Notes: a model not told the origin generated them from the letters alone. Positions 30,708 to 41,198 are shown, numbered from the stretch's first letter. The stretch: DNA of 64,000 nt from a bacterium (GCA_037446635.1 JBBIIG010000001.1:149638-213637); one strand, 5' to 3'. Made by a program: numbers and translations.

Positions 30708-32284
30708 ACCGGCCCCGCAGCTTTGACTTCCGCGCTGACACCAGCTTCGTAGGTCTTGAAGTTCTCTTTGAAGAGGCCGGCGAGTTTCCGGGCCACAGCG
30801 TCGTACGCAGTCTTGTCAGCCCACGCGTGGCGCGGAACGAGGATTTCCGACGGCACGTTCGGACATTCGGTGATGACGTCGAAGCCGAACGTGGCGTCGC
30901 GTTGTATTTTTGCCTTCGCCAACGCGCCACTGTGGATGGCATCGATGATCGCGCGAGTATGTTTGAGGCTGATGCGCTTGCCGGTGCCGTAAGCGCCGCC
31001 GCCCCAACCGGTGTTGACGAGCCAGATGCGGGCGTTGTGCTTTTTCATCTTCACCGCCAGCAGTTCGGCGTACTTGCTCGGGTGCCAGACCAGGAACGGG
31101 CCGCCGAAACAGGGGGAGAATGTCGCCTGGGGTTCGGTCACCCCCATCTCGGTGCCGGCAACTTTCGCGGTGTACCCGCTGATGAAGTGATACATCGCGT
31201 GTGCCGGTGAGAGCGAACTGACCGGCGGCAACACACCAAACGCATCGCACGTCAGGAAGATCACGTCGGTCGGATGCCCGGCAATGCAGGGGATTTTCGC
31301 ATTGCTGATGAACTCAATCGGATAGGCGCCGCGCGTGTTTTCCGTGATGCTGGTGTCGGCAAAGTCCACGGTGCGGTCTTCTTCGAGCACGACGTTTTCC
31401 AGCACCGCGCCGAAGCGTAAGGCCTGGAAGATGTCCGGCTCATTCTCCGGCGTGAGGTTGATGGCTTTGGCATAACAGCCGCCTTCGATGTTGAAAACGC
31501 CGTCGTCGCTCCAGCAATGCTCGTCGTCGCCGATGAGGTGCCGCTTCGGGTCGGCGGAGAGTGTGGTCTTGCCGGTGCCGCTGAGGCCGAACAGCAGCGA
31601 GGACCGGCCATTTTGGCGGTCCGCGGTGGCGGAGCAGTGCATCGACAGAATGCCGTGCTTCGGCGCCAGATAATTAGCAATGGTGAACACGCCCTTCTTC
31701 ATCTCGCCGGCGTATTCGGTGCCGAGGATGACGAGTTCCTTGGTTTCCAGGCTCAGGTCGATGCTCGTCGTCGAGCCCATGCCGGTGGTGAGCCGGTTGG
31801 CGGGGAATGCGCCAGCGTTGTAGATGGTGAAGTCCGGTTGGCCGAAGCCCGCCAACTCCTCCTTGGTCGGGCGGATCAGCATCGTGTGCATGAACAGTGC
31901 GTGATAGGGCCGCGAGCAGATGATGCGCACCTTGCGAGGGTACTTCGGGTCCCACCCGGCGAAGCCGTCAACGCAATAGAGCCGCTCGCGGGTGTTGAGG
32001 TAATCGAGGGCGCGCTGGCGGTTGATGGCGAACGTGCGCTCGTCACACGGAATGTTCACTGGCCCCCACCAGACGTCTTTCTCCGTGTCGGGATGTTTGA
32101 CGATGCGTTTGTCCTTCGGGGATCGGCCGGTCTTTGCCCCCGAGTAGGCCACCAGTGCGCCGTTCGCGGCGATGCTGGCGTCAGGATCATAACGGATGGC
32201 GTGTTCGTAGAGCGAACTCGGTGGAAGATTCCGGTGAACTTCGCTGACGGTCAGTTCATGGTTGTTGAGGTTGAATTGATTCAT
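30704..32284 (-). CDS. pckA: Phosphoenolpyruvate carboxykinase (ATP)
   Basis: TGRSPKDK, YAGEMKKG, FGLSGTGKTTLS, IGDDEH, NIEGGCYAK. Confidence 0.97.
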   Translation of the reverse strand: MNQFNLNNHELTVSEVHRNLPPSSLYEHAIRYDPDASIAANGALVAYSGAKTGRSPKDKRIVKHPDTEKDVWWGPVNIPCDERTFAINRQRALDYLNTRERLYCVDGFAGWDPKYPRKVRIICSRPYHALFMHTMLIRPTKEELAGFGQPDFTIYNAGAFPANRLTTGMGSTTSIDLSLETKELVILGTEYAGEMKKGVFTIANYLAPKHGILSMHCSATADRQNGRSSLLFGLSGTGKTTLSADPKRHLIGDDEHCWSDDGVFNIEGGCYAKAINLTPENEPDIFQALRFGAVLENVVLEEDRTVDFADTSITENTRGAYPIEFISNAKIPCIAGHPTDVIFLTCDAFGVLPPVSSLSPAHAMYHFISGYTAKVAGTEMGVTEPQATFSPCFGGPFLVWHPSKYAELLAVKMKKHNARIWLVNTGWGGGAYGTGKRISLKHTRAIIDAIHSGALAKAKIQRDATFGFDVITECPNVPSEILVPRHAWADKTAYDAVARKLAGLFKENFKTYEAGVSAEVKAAGPV

Positions 32285-32300
32285 ATTTTCACCTATTTTG

Positions 32301-34784
32301 TTATTCAATGGAGCATGGTGTGGCGTTCCAAATTTCCTTTGCGTACTCGGCAATCGTGCGGTCGCTGGAGAACCTACCGGAGGCGGCGATGTTCAAAATC
32401 GCTTTGCGAGTCCACGCCTCCGGGTTTGAGTACAACTCGCCCAAGCGTCGGTGCGCCTGAGCGTAACTGGTGAGGTCAGCCAGATGCCGGTATTGGTCGC
32501 CGTTGTTCAAGAGCGCATCGAGGATCGGCGTAAAAACGCCGGGTTCGTTTCGGCTGAAATGATTGCCGGCAATCAAGTCGAGCGCGGCACGCGTTTCCGG
32601 TTCATTGTCGTAGTGGTGGCGCGGGTTGTACCAACCGCGACTGCTCTCAACCTGCTCAGCAGTCAGGCCGAACAGGAAGAAGTTCTCCTCACCAGCGGCT
32701 TCCGCCATTTCGATGGTCGCGCCGTCGCGCGTGCCGATGGTCAGCGCGCCGTTCATCATGAATTTCATGTTGCTCGTGCCGCTGGCCTCGTAGCCGGCCG
32801 TCGAGATTTGCTCGGACACGTCACTGGCCGGAATCAAATACTCCGCGACCGAGACGCGGTAGTCCGGCACAAACACGATCTTCAACCGGCCTTTGGTGAT
32901 CGGATCACCGTCGAGCGTCACGGCCAGGTTGTTGATAAACTTGATGACGAGCTTGGCGAAGTGGTACGCGGGTGCGGCCTTGCCGCCGAAGAAAAAGGTG
33001 CGCGGCGGCAGGTCGAGGTTTGGATTTTCCCGCAGGCGGTTGTAGAGCACAACGATGTGGAGCGCATTCAACAGTTGCCGTTTGTATTCGTGGATGCGTT
33101 TGATTTGCGTGTCGAAAATCGTGTCGGGATCAATTCCTGGCATGTCTAGCCATCGGATGAAGCGCACCTTCGCGTCGCGTTTCGCCTTGCGGACAGCGGT
33201 GCAAAACTTTTTGTCGTCGGCGAGCGGTTTCAATTTCTCCAACTGCGCGAGGTCGGTGATCCAGCCGTCGCCGATGGCCTCGGTTATGACTCCCGCCAGC
33301 GATGGATTGGCCAGTAGCAGCCAGCGGCGCGGGGTAACGCCGTTGGTTTTGTTGTTGAAACGTTCCGGGAACATGGCCGAGAAGTCCGGCACGACGCGCT
33401 GTTTGAGCAGCTCCGAATGCAACGCGGCGACGCCGTTCGTGCTGTGCGAGCCGACGATGGCCAGATGCGCCATGCGAACTTGCCGGTTTGCGCCTTCCTC
33501 GATGAGGCTGACGCGCGCGATGCGGCCATCGTCGCCAGGATGGCGGGCGCGGACCTCGTCGAGGAATCGGCGATTGATTTCGTAAATGATTTCGAGATGG
33601 CGCGGCAGAAAATCCTGAAACCATTGGACCGGCCATTTCTCCAGGGCCTCTGGTAAGAGGGTGTGATTGGTATACGCCAGCGTGCGTTGCGTGAGATTCC
33701 AGGCGTCGTCCCAGCCGAGCTTCGCGTCATCAAGCAGCAGCCGCATCAACTCCGGCACGGCGAGCGTCGGATGGGTGTCGTTGAGTTGAATCGCAACTTT
33801 TTCCGGCAAGGCCGACCAATCATTCCCGGCCGCGCGGAAACGACGGACGAGATCGGCGAGCGAGCACGCGACCAGAAAGTACTCCTGGAGAAACCGCAGA
33901 CCTTTGCCCTCCGTCGTATGATCGTCGGGATACAAGACGCGCGTCACCGTTTCGGCGGTAAGTGTTTCAGCCAGTGCGCCGACGAAATCGCCGCTGCTGA
34001 ATTGAGCGAAGTCGAAGTCGTTCGACGCTTTGGCGGCCCACAAGCGCAGTGTATTGATCGTCCGGCCACCGTAGCCAACCACGGGCCGGTCAAACGGAAT
34101 GCCGATCAGCGAGGACGGCCGGCCTTCCACGACACGCAGGGTGCCGCCGCGAATCTTAAAAGACACGTTTAGTTTCACTTCGACGGCTTCGTTCGGTCGC
34201 GCCACCTCCCACGGGTCGCGCCGGGCGAGCCAGTGGTCCGGCTGTTCACTTTGCCAGCCGTCGCGAATGTGTTGCCGGAAGATCCCGTACTCGTAGCGCA
34301 AGCCATAGCCCATGCCCGGGATGCCTATTGTCGCCATCGAATCCAGAAAACACGCGGCCAACCGGCCGAGGCCGCCGTTGCCGAGGCCAGCATCCGGTTC
34401 CTGCTCAAAGATCTTGAGCGGATCGAGCCGGTGCTGCTTCGCGAACTGTTGCGCCTCTGCTTTGAGTTGGAGGTTCGTGATGTTGTTGGCGAGCATCCGG
34501 CCGAGCAGAAACTCCATCGAAAGATAGTACACGCGCTTGGTGTTGCGCTGCCGGTAGGTCTGTTCGGTTTTCAGCCAACGCTGCGACAGCACGTCCCTCA
34601 CGGAACGGGCGATGGCTTCGAATTTGTCGCGGTCGGTCGTCTCCGTGTCGGCGACGGCGTGATCGAAGGTTACGTGCCGCTCATACAGCGCGTTGGGATC
34701 GCCGGACAATTTGACCGGTCCGCAGTTGTAACGTGCGAGGGGATTCTCCTTTTCAATCGATCTTTTTTTCAGCCTTGTATTCAT
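32301..34784 (-). CDS. glgP: Glycogen/starch phosphorylase
   Basis: GLGNGGLGRLAACFLDS, QLNDTHP, KRIHEYKRQLLN, EASGTSNMKF. Confidence 0.97.
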   Translation of the reverse strand: MNTRLKKRSIEKENPLARYNCGPVKLSGDPNALYERHVTFDHAVADTETTDRDKFEAIARSVRDVLSQRWLKTEQTYRQRNTKRVYYLSMEFLLGRMLANNITNLQLKAEAQQFAKQHRLDPLKIFEQEPDAGLGNGGLGRLAACFLDSMATIGIPGMGYGLRYEYGIFRQHIRDGWQSEQPDHWLARRDPWEVARPNEAVEVKLNVSFKIRGGTLRVVEGRPSSLIGIPFDRPVVGYGGRTINTLRLWAAKASNDFDFAQFSSGDFVGALAETLTAETVTRVLYPDDHTTEGKGLRFLQEYFLVACSLADLVRRFRAAGNDWSALPEKVAIQLNDTHPTLAVPELMRLLLDDAKLGWDDAWNLTQRTLAYTNHTLLPEALEKWPVQWFQDFLPRHLEIIYEINRRFLDEVRARHPGDDGRIARVSLIEEGANRQVRMAHLAIVGSHSTNGVAALHSELLKQRVVPDFSAMFPERFNNKTNGVTPRRWLLLANPSLAGVITEAIGDGWITDLAQLEKLKPLADDKKFCTAVRKAKRDAKVRFIRWLDMPGIDPDTIFDTQIKRIHEYKRQLLNALHIVVLYNRLRENPNLDLPPRTFFFGGKAAPAYHFAKLVIKFINNLAVTLDGDPITKGRLKIVFVPDYRVSVAEYLIPASDVSEQISTAGYEASGTSNMKFMMNGALTIGTRDGATIEMAEAAGEENFFLFGLTAEQVESSRGWYNPRHHYDNEPETRAALDLIAGNHFSRNEPGVFTPILDALLNNGDQYRHLADLTSYAQAHRRLGELYSNPEAWTRKAILNIAASGRFSSDRTIAEYAKEIWNATPCSIE

Positions 34785-34882
34785 GTATTCACCTTTATAA
34801 TTGCACCATACTGAAGTCCTTTAGAAAACCCGACAGGCCAAGGCCTTTTGAGTCATGAGTGATCTGGCCGAGCAAGTCAGCT

Positions 34883-37800
34883 TCACCTTCTTTTCGCGAG
34901 GACTCCCTGGATTCGGTCGAGCTCGGCAAGGGCCAACTGGTATTGCAGCGAAGCCTGAAGCTGATTCGCTTCCGCCTTTTTCAGTGCCGCCACTGTCTCG
35001 GCGTGTTTGGCCGCGGTCACCGTCCCCGCCCGGGTTCCGTCTTCGCTGATCCGCACATTCTCCCTGGATAACGCCAGCGCCTCCCGGGCGACGTCGACCA
35101 TCTGTTTCGAGCGTTCCAGATTGCGGAACGCCTTGTCGATTTCGATCCCGATCCGTCTCTCTGTTTCCGCCAGCTTTTCTCGCGCCTGCGATCTTTGGGC
35201 GGCCCGCTGGCGGATTTCCCCCTTGCGCCTTCCCCAATCGAAAATGTTCCAGGTCAGTTCGGCGCCGAAGATGCCGATGTTCTCCTTCAGAAACGGCGCT
35301 CCGTCCTGGTAGCCGTGCCTGGCAAAGAGCGTTACGTCAGGGATATACTCATATTTGGCCGCCCGCACCGCATGCCGTGACTTCTCCAGTGTTTCGCGGG
35401 CTGCAATAAGTTCGCCGTTTTCGGCGAGGGCCTGCTCGTGGGCCTCTTCCCTTGATGGTTCCGCCAAATCCGGCAATCCGGACTCGGTCACTTCGAGGGT
35501 GTCGTCGCCTGGAAGACCCAGAAGGTCGTTGAGGTCGGCGGTGAGATCCGAAATCTGTTTCTCCGCGACGATCAGGGTCTGCCTGCGCTGAAGCAGATTA
35601 GCTCTGGCTCCAGTGACCGCCATTTCGAGAAGGTTCCCAGCCCGCACCCCCTCCTCCGCCTCGCGCAGGTACTCCTGCGCGGCAAGGAGCGACGCCTCGA
35701 CGGCCTCCTTGTCCTTGGTGGCGATCAACAGCGCGTAATAAAGTTGGTAGATCGAAAGAACGATTTCGTTTTCCGACCGTTTCAAATCCGCTACCACGAT
35801 GCTGCGATCAGCCCGGGCAATCTTATTGGCCTCATGGATCTTTAAGATCTGCGTCGTCGGCTGGGCCAGCGTGGTCTCGGTGTACAGAATAGTCGATGAA
35901 CTCTGGTTCACGCTGACGTCATGGTCCGGGAAGGGGCTTCCATTGATGTTCCCCAGACTGCCGGCCGGAATGGTCACAAGCTGCTTGTCCGACAGGGCCA
36001 TGTATTTGGTGTTGTTGTAAAGTTGCGGGAAATACTGGGACCGGGTGGAGACGATTTTCCCCTGGGTTTCCGATATTCTTTCCCGGGCGATTTTGACCGC
36101 GGCGTTCTGCTGCAGAGCCAGTTCCACCGCCTGAGGGAGGGTCAGGGAGCGCCTCACCGGCTGGGCGGAGGCCTCCCGCCCTCCGGCAAGGAGGGCACAG
36201 GCCGCGAGCACGACGGCGACCGCCACCCGATTCAGGGAGCGGGACTTGATGACCACGAAGAGGACGGGAATGACCAGCAGCGTGAAGAACATGGAGAAAA
36301 TAAGGCCGAAGGCGATGACGCTCGCCAGCGGGCTCCAGAGGCTCGATCCGGAGAGAATCATCGGCGTCACCCCCACGGCGGCGGCCATGGTGGTGAGGAA
36401 AATCGGACGCAGCCGCCGCGCCCCCGCCTCCCGAGCCGCCTGCTCCAGGGTTTCCCCCTCGGCGACTTTTTCGTTGCAGTAGTCGACGAGGATGATGCCG
36501 TTTCTCACGACGATCCCGCACAGGCTGATCATCCCCATGAAGGCGGTGAACCCGAACGGGTTATGCGTGATGAGCAACCCGAAGACCGCCCCGAAAAGCG
36601 TGAGCGGGATCGACGCCATGACCACGAGCGGATCCGAGATGCTTTTGAACTGGACGAGCAGGACGAGGAAGATCGCCAAGAGGCTGATCGCGAGTGCAAC
36701 GAGCATCTGGGGGAAGGTCTCGTTCTGATTGAATTCTTCTCCGCCGTATTCAATCCGGTAGCCCGCCGAGAGCTCCAGGGCCTCGAGCTGAGGCCTGGCC
36801 TGCTCCAGGATCTTCGAGGCGTAGATTCCCGGCTTCGCGAAGGCGCGGACCGTCAGGGTGCGCACGCCGTTTCGCCGGACGATTCTGCTGGTCTGCCACT
36901 CCGGCTCGAGCGTGGCGATGGCCCGGAGCGGAACCCTGGCACGGGTCAACTCAGAGTCTAAATAGGTATCCCAGATGTCCTCGAAGGAGGAACGTGAGGC
37001 CGGGTCGAGTCGCAGCTTGATGGTCACGGCGCGGTCGCCTTCCCAGAATGTACTCACCGCAGCTCCGTCGAACGCCCCGTAGAGGATCTGCGATACCGAG
37101 GCATTCCTTATGCCGAGGCGGTTTGCCAACTCGTCGTTGACCTTCACGTCCAACATGTACGAATCGTTGAAGTAGTCCCGGTGCACGTACTGGGAACCGG
37201 GGATGTCCTCCAGAATTTCCCGCACCTCTTCCCCCAGCCGCTTCAGCTCGTCGATGTCGTCGCCCGAGATGCGCACCTCGATCGGCGCTTCCACTTGGGC
37301 GCCCTGCTGGAGTTCCTTGACAATCACCATCGCTTCCGGCACCAGGGCGGCCAGGGAGGAGCGCAGCTCCTTCACCAGCCGACTGGTAGCCTCCACCGAG
37401 GCGGTATTGACGATGAACTGGCCGTAGGCGCCGTCGGGCTGCTGCGGATTGACGTTGTAGTAGAACCTCGGAGCGCTCTGACCTACGAAAGTTGCGTAAT
37501 GGGCGACTCCGTTGCTTGAACTCAGGGCCTTTTCGATTCGTTGCATGATGGCGTCGGTGGCCTCGATTCGCGTTCCCTGCGGCATCCACACGTCGATCAC
37601 GAACTGGTTGCGCTCCGCGGAAGGAAAGAACTGCTGCGGCACCAGGGTGAAGAGCATGACCCCGAAAGCGAAGGCGCCCCCACCGAGAACGAAAGCCAGC
37701 CCCTTCCGGTTCATGAAGAGGTTGATCAGCGTTCCATAGCCGCGCTGGAGCCGGTCGAGGAGGCTCACTTTCTCCTTGCCATCGCTCTTCACGGCTTCGT

Positions 37801-39292
37801 GGTCGTGCAGGCCTTTTTTGATGAATGTTCGGCAGAGCATGGGCGTCAGCAGGACCGCCACAAGGAAAGACACCGCCAGCGCGATCGCCACGCTCACGGG
37901 GAGCGCCGCGATGAACTCGCCGGCGGAGCCTGTGATGATCAAGAGCGGCAGAAACGAGCAGATGATCGTTACGGTCGCAGTGAGGACGGGGACCAGAACC
38001 TCGGTGGCGCATCTCCAAGCCGCCTCGCTTCTCGGGACCTTGTGGTCCAGAAGCTCGACGTAGTTGTCGGCGATCACGATGGCGTCGTCCACCACGATCC
38101 CGAGCACCACGATGAGGGCCGCGATGGAGACCTGATGTAGGGCGATCCCCAGGGCGTTCATGACGCCAAGAGTCCCGCACAGGGTGACCGGGATGGCCAG
38201 GGCCGCGATGAGAGCAACTCGAAACGGGAGAAGGAAAAGAGTGACGATGATGACCGAACCGATGGCCAGCAGGAACTCGTGCGATAGGTGCGTGATCCGC
38301 TCCTCGACGACTCCGGGCTGGTTGGCGACGAGATCCAACTGAACGTCAGGGGGAAGGAGCCCTCTGAGGTGGTGGAAGACCTTTTCGAGTTGCTCGCCGA
38401 GCTCAACGATGTTCTTTCCCTTCTGCATCTCGACGGAGAGGAGCAAGCAGGGCTCGCCGTCGTAGCGCACCAGGAAGTTCGGATCTTGGTATCGCCGCTC
38501 GACGTTGGCGAAGTCCTTGATGTAGGTCGGATGGCCCTCTCTGGAAACGTCCACAAGCACGTTACGTATTTCGTCTTCGGTATTGAAGATCCCGCTAGTC
38601 CTCATTGGGATCTTGGTCTGGTCCGCTTCGAAATTCCCTGCGCTCTGAATGGCGTTTCGCTGCATGAGCGCATTCGCCACCTGCCGCGGATTGGCGAAGT
38701 ACTGCGCCATCCTTTCCATGCTGCTGGTGACCCAGATCTCTTCTCCCTGCGTCCCGTACGTCACGAGCTTTCCCACTTCGCGCACCGTGCGCATTTCATC
38801 ATGGATCTTATCCGCGTAGTCCCGCAGTTCCCGGTAGCCGTAGCGCTTCCCGTGGATGGCGATCAGCATCGCCACCGTGTCGCCGAAATCGGAGTCAACC
38901 ACCGGCCCTCTGACGCCGTCGGGGAGCTCGGTGGCGCGTACCAGGTTCATTTCATGCCGCAGCTTCGCCCAGAACTGGTCGGAATTCTTGATGTTGTCCT
39001 CCAGCTCGACGTTGATGATGACGAGACCGGGACGGCTCGTCGAATAGGTCTTGTCCTTCCGCACCTCCGGAAACTTGAAGATGTGTTTTTCCAGGGTTTT
39101 CGTGACCTGCTTTTCCACCTGCTCGGAGGTCGCTCCCGGGTAAATCGCGGCGACAAGCCCGGTCCTGATGGTAATCGTCGGATCTTCCGTGCGCTGCATT
39201 TTCAGGAAGGCGTGAATGCCGATAGAGACCACCATGGCGGTCAGGATCAGCGTGACGGAGGGATAGCGAAGTGAAGATTTTATCGGAGTCAT
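34883..39292 (-). CDS. RND efflux permease fused to a C-terminal TolC/OEP-family domain
   Basis: GIVVDDAIV and RLRPIFLTT RND motifs, then a signal-like linker and LTLPQAVELALQQN...WNIFDWG OMF motifs in one 1469-aa frame. Confidence 0.9.
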   Translation of the reverse strand: MTPIKSSLRYPSVTLILTAMVVSIGIHAFLKMQRTEDPTITIRTGLVAAIYPGATSEQVEKQVTKTLEKHIFKFPEVRKDKTYSTSRPGLVIINVELEDNIKNSDQFWAKLRHEMNLVRATELPDGVRGPVVDSDFGDTVAMLIAIHGKRYGYRELRDYADKIHDEMRTVREVGKLVTYGTQGEEIWVTSSMERMAQYFANPRQVANALMQRNAIQSAGNFEADQTKIPMRTSGIFNTEDEIRNVLVDVSREGHPTYIKDFANVERRYQDPNFLVRYDGEPCLLLSVEMQKGKNIVELGEQLEKVFHHLRGLLPPDVQLDLVANQPGVVEERITHLSHEFLLAIGSVIIVTLFLLPFRVALIAALAIPVTLCGTLGVMNALGIALHQVSIAALIVVLGIVVDDAIVIADNYVELLDHKVPRSEAAWRCATEVLVPVLTATVTIICSFLPLLIITGSAGEFIAALPVSVAIALAVSFLVAVLLTPMLCRTFIKKGLHDHEAVKSDGKEKVSLLDRLQRGYGTLINLFMNRKGLAFVLGGGAFAFGVMLFTLVPQQFFPSAERNQFVIDVWMPQGTRIEATDAIMQRIEKALSSSNGVAHYATFVGQSAPRFYYNVNPQQPDGAYGQFIVNTASVEATSRLVKELRSSLAALVPEAMVIVKELQQGAQVEAPIEVRISGDDIDELKRLGEEVREILEDIPGSQYVHRDYFNDSYMLDVKVNDELANRLGIRNASVSQILYGAFDGAAVSTFWEGDRAVTIKLRLDPASRSSFEDIWDTYLDSELTRARVPLRAIATLEPEWQTSRIVRRNGVRTLTVRAFAKPGIYASKILEQARPQLEALELSAGYRIEYGGEEFNQNETFPQMLVALAISLLAIFLVLLVQFKSISDPLVVMASIPLTLFGAVFGLLITHNPFGFTAFMGMISLCGIVVRNGIILVDYCNEKVAEGETLEQAAREAGARRLRPIFLTTMAAAVGVTPMILSGSSLWSPLASVIAFGLIFSMFFTLLVIPVLFVVIKSRSLNRVAVAVVLAACALLAGGREASAQPVRRSLTLPQAVELALQQNAAVKIARERISETQGKIVSTRSQYFPQLYNNTKYMALSDKQLVTIPAGSLGNINGSPFPDHDVSVNQSSSTILYTETTLAQPTTQILKIHEANKIARADRSIVVADLKRSENEIVLSIYQLYYALLIATKDKEAVEASLLAAQEYLREAEEGVRAGNLLEMAVTGARANLLQRRQTLIVAEKQISDLTADLNDLLGLPGDDTLEVTESGLPDLAEPSREEAHEQALAENGELIAARETLEKSRHAVRAAKYEYIPDVTLFARHGYQDGAPFLKENIGIFGAELTWNIFDWGRRKGEIRQRAAQRSQAREKLAETERRIGIEIDKAFRNLERSKQMVDVAREALALSRENVRISEDGTRAGTVTAAKHAETVAALKKAEANQLQASLQYQLALAELDRIQGVLAKRR

Positions 39293-39317
39293 GACTCTGT
39301 TCCTTTTTAGGTTAAAT

Positions 39318-40430
39318 TCATCTGCTGGTCTGCTCTTCCGTTGCCGATACAGCCAGCCCGTCTCTGAGCTTTGTCTGTCCGGCCAGCACGATCAGTTCGT
39401 CACCGGAAAGCCCGCTTTTTATCTCGACGTCGTTGTCGATGAGCGCTCCGACGTCCACACGCTTGGCATACACCCGCTTCTGGTCGGGATAATAGACGAA
39501 GACCTGCGTCGCGCCTTGTGGATCACGGACCACCGCACCCCCCGGAAGCGTCACCATCGCTATCGTCCGGTCCCCGCGGATGGTTGCTTTCGCGACCATC
39601 CCAACACGCAAGAGGTGTTCGGGATTTGCCACGGTGATTCTGGTCATGTAGGTCCGGGTGTTGGGATCGGCTGAAACGTTGATGACGCGAACCGTGCCCC
39701 GGAAAGACTTTCCCGGGAGGGCGGGAACGGTGATATCCGCTTGTTGCCCGATCCTAACGCTGTGAACGTCCGTCTCCGGTACGCCAACATTCACCTCCAT
39801 CGGATCCATCTGGACGATCTCAAAGACGGGGTGTCCGGCAGCGGCGACGTCGCCGGGTTCAATCAACCTTTTGGCGATGTAGCCGCTGGCGGGGGCACGC
39901 AGGGTCCCATCCGTAAGACGCTTCCTGGACAGTTTCTCCGAGGCAACGGCGTGCTCGTGTTGCTGTACGGCGGCATCATACGCAGCCTTGTAGTTCAGAA
40001 AGTCGTTTGGAGCCAGGCTCTTCGAGTCGTAGAGCATCTTCATGCGCTGGAACTCGTCCTCTGCCCGCTCCAGGCGGACGCGGGCCTGATCTGCTTGCGC
40101 TTTGGCCGCCGCCAGGGCCAGATGGTAATCGGTCGAGTCAATTAAGGCAAGCACCTGCCCCTTCTTCACGAATTCCCCTTCCCGCGGCCCCACGAACACC
40201 ACCTTGCCGGATACGAGAAAACCCACCTGCGCAGGGGAGTTCGGCGTCGAAACCGTCCCGCTCACGGAGACGGTTTCCCTCTCCTGAACCTTTTGGACCC
40301 GTCCGACAATCACGGGGACGGCGACACTGTTCGATTCCTTGCTTTGTTTGTCACCTGTGCAGGCGGTCAGCGAGACCCCCAAAAAGGACAGGCAGACCGC
40401 TGCGACAACGGATGTAAGACTACTTTTCAT
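39318..40430 (-). CDS. RND periplasmic adaptor (MFP) lipoprotein
   Basis: LTAC lipobox, GEFVKKGQVLA, LRAPASG, ADPNTRTY, SGLSGDE. Confidence 0.92.
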   Translation of the reverse strand: MKSSLTSVVAAVCLSFLGVSLTACTGDKQSKESNSVAVPVIVGRVQKVQERETVSVSGTVSTPNSPAQVGFLVSGKVVFVGPREGEFVKKGQVLALIDSTDYHLALAAAKAQADQARVRLERAEDEFQRMKMLYDSKSLAPNDFLNYKAAYDAAVQQHEHAVASEKLSRKRLTDGTLRAPASGYIAKRLIEPGDVAAAGHPVFEIVQMDPMEVNVGVPETDVHSVRIGQQADITVPALPGKSFRGTVRVINVSADPNTRTYMTRITVANPEHLLRVGMVAKATIRGDRTIAMVTLPGGAVVRDPQGATQVFVYYPDQKRVYAKRVDVGALIDNDVEIKSGLSGDELIVLAGQTKLRDGLAVSATEEQTSR

Positions 40431-40477
40431 TTTATGGCGCTCCTTTACCTTAAATAAGAATGAACTGATTTGTCGGC

Positions 40478-40834
40478 TTAGTTGATTTTGTTTCGATTTA
40501 GAATTTTCTGGATGCAATAGTTGATAGCATCGTCATCCTGACTCCCCTGAATAATGTCGTCAGCAATCCACGAACGAAAATCATGTTGCATATCATCGTT
40601 ACCCCCCAGAAATAAAATCTTGACGCCCTTCAAATTGGGTGCTATTTGCACAACTTCATCGAGACTGTGCTCGTCCATGTCAACAACGAGCATATCCAAC
40701 TGTGATTTTGTTATCACTGCGGGAATTTGGTCGAGTGTGTCAGTGATAGAGACGGTGTGTCCTTGGCGCTGTAAAAGGGCAGTCAGCAAGCTGTTTCTTT
40801 GCGCGTCACTTTTAACTAGGATGATTCGAGACAT
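40478..40834 (-). CDS. Atypical single-domain receiver (CheY-like) protein
   Basis: IILVKSD...DMLVVD...ILFLGG pattern; acidic pocket and conserved Lys degenerate. Confidence 0.6.
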   Translation of the reverse strand: MSRIILVKSDAQRNSLLTALLQRQGHTVSITDTLDQIPAVITKSQLDMLVVDMDEHSLDEVVQIAPNLKGVKILFLGGNDDMQHDFRSWIADDIIQGSQDDDAINYCIQKILNRNKIN

Positions 40835-40925
40835 TTTGATTACTCCCTTCAAATTTGACCGTTCAATCAAAACAAGAATATTTGTTCTTGCCGCCATCGC
40901 CCCGGTCTCTCTACCCTTGCTATGG

Positions 40926-40957
40926 CATCTCCGGCTGGATCGCTCCAGCCGGAGATG
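40926..40957. other. 14-bp perfect hairpin in the leader of the receiver-MFP-RND operon
   Basis: CATCTCCGGCTGGA-TCGC-TCCAGCCGGAGATG. Confidence 0.8.
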
Positions 40958-41045
40958 AGGAGGAAGGGATGTTGGGGGCTCTGCTCAAAGCAACTCAGAT
41001 TATGATTTGCGCTGGCTGAACTGTTGTTTGCTCTGGCCATACTTT

Positions 41046-41061
41046 ACCAAGTGTCGTGCCA
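41046..41061 (-). promoter_or_regulatory. Sigma54-like -24/-12 promoter (copy A)
   Basis: TGGCACGACACTTGGT. Confidence 0.6.
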
Positions 41062-41169
41062 AGTGTATTTTGGCAGAATTTAGGTCTATGTAAGCGCTTT
41101 TTATATATGGAGTTATGTAGAATGATAAAAGAACGCGGTCAAGGCATGAAAAACGACGGGCTTTGTGAG

Positions 41170-41190
41170 ATATCAAAAGTTTTATGATAT
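41170..41190. promoter_or_regulatory. Candidate upstream activator site (copy A)
   Basis: ATATCAAAAGTTTTATGATAT, an imperfect dyad; 18/21 identical to 45168-45188. Confidence 0.6.
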
Positions 41191-41198
41191 ATCATAAT

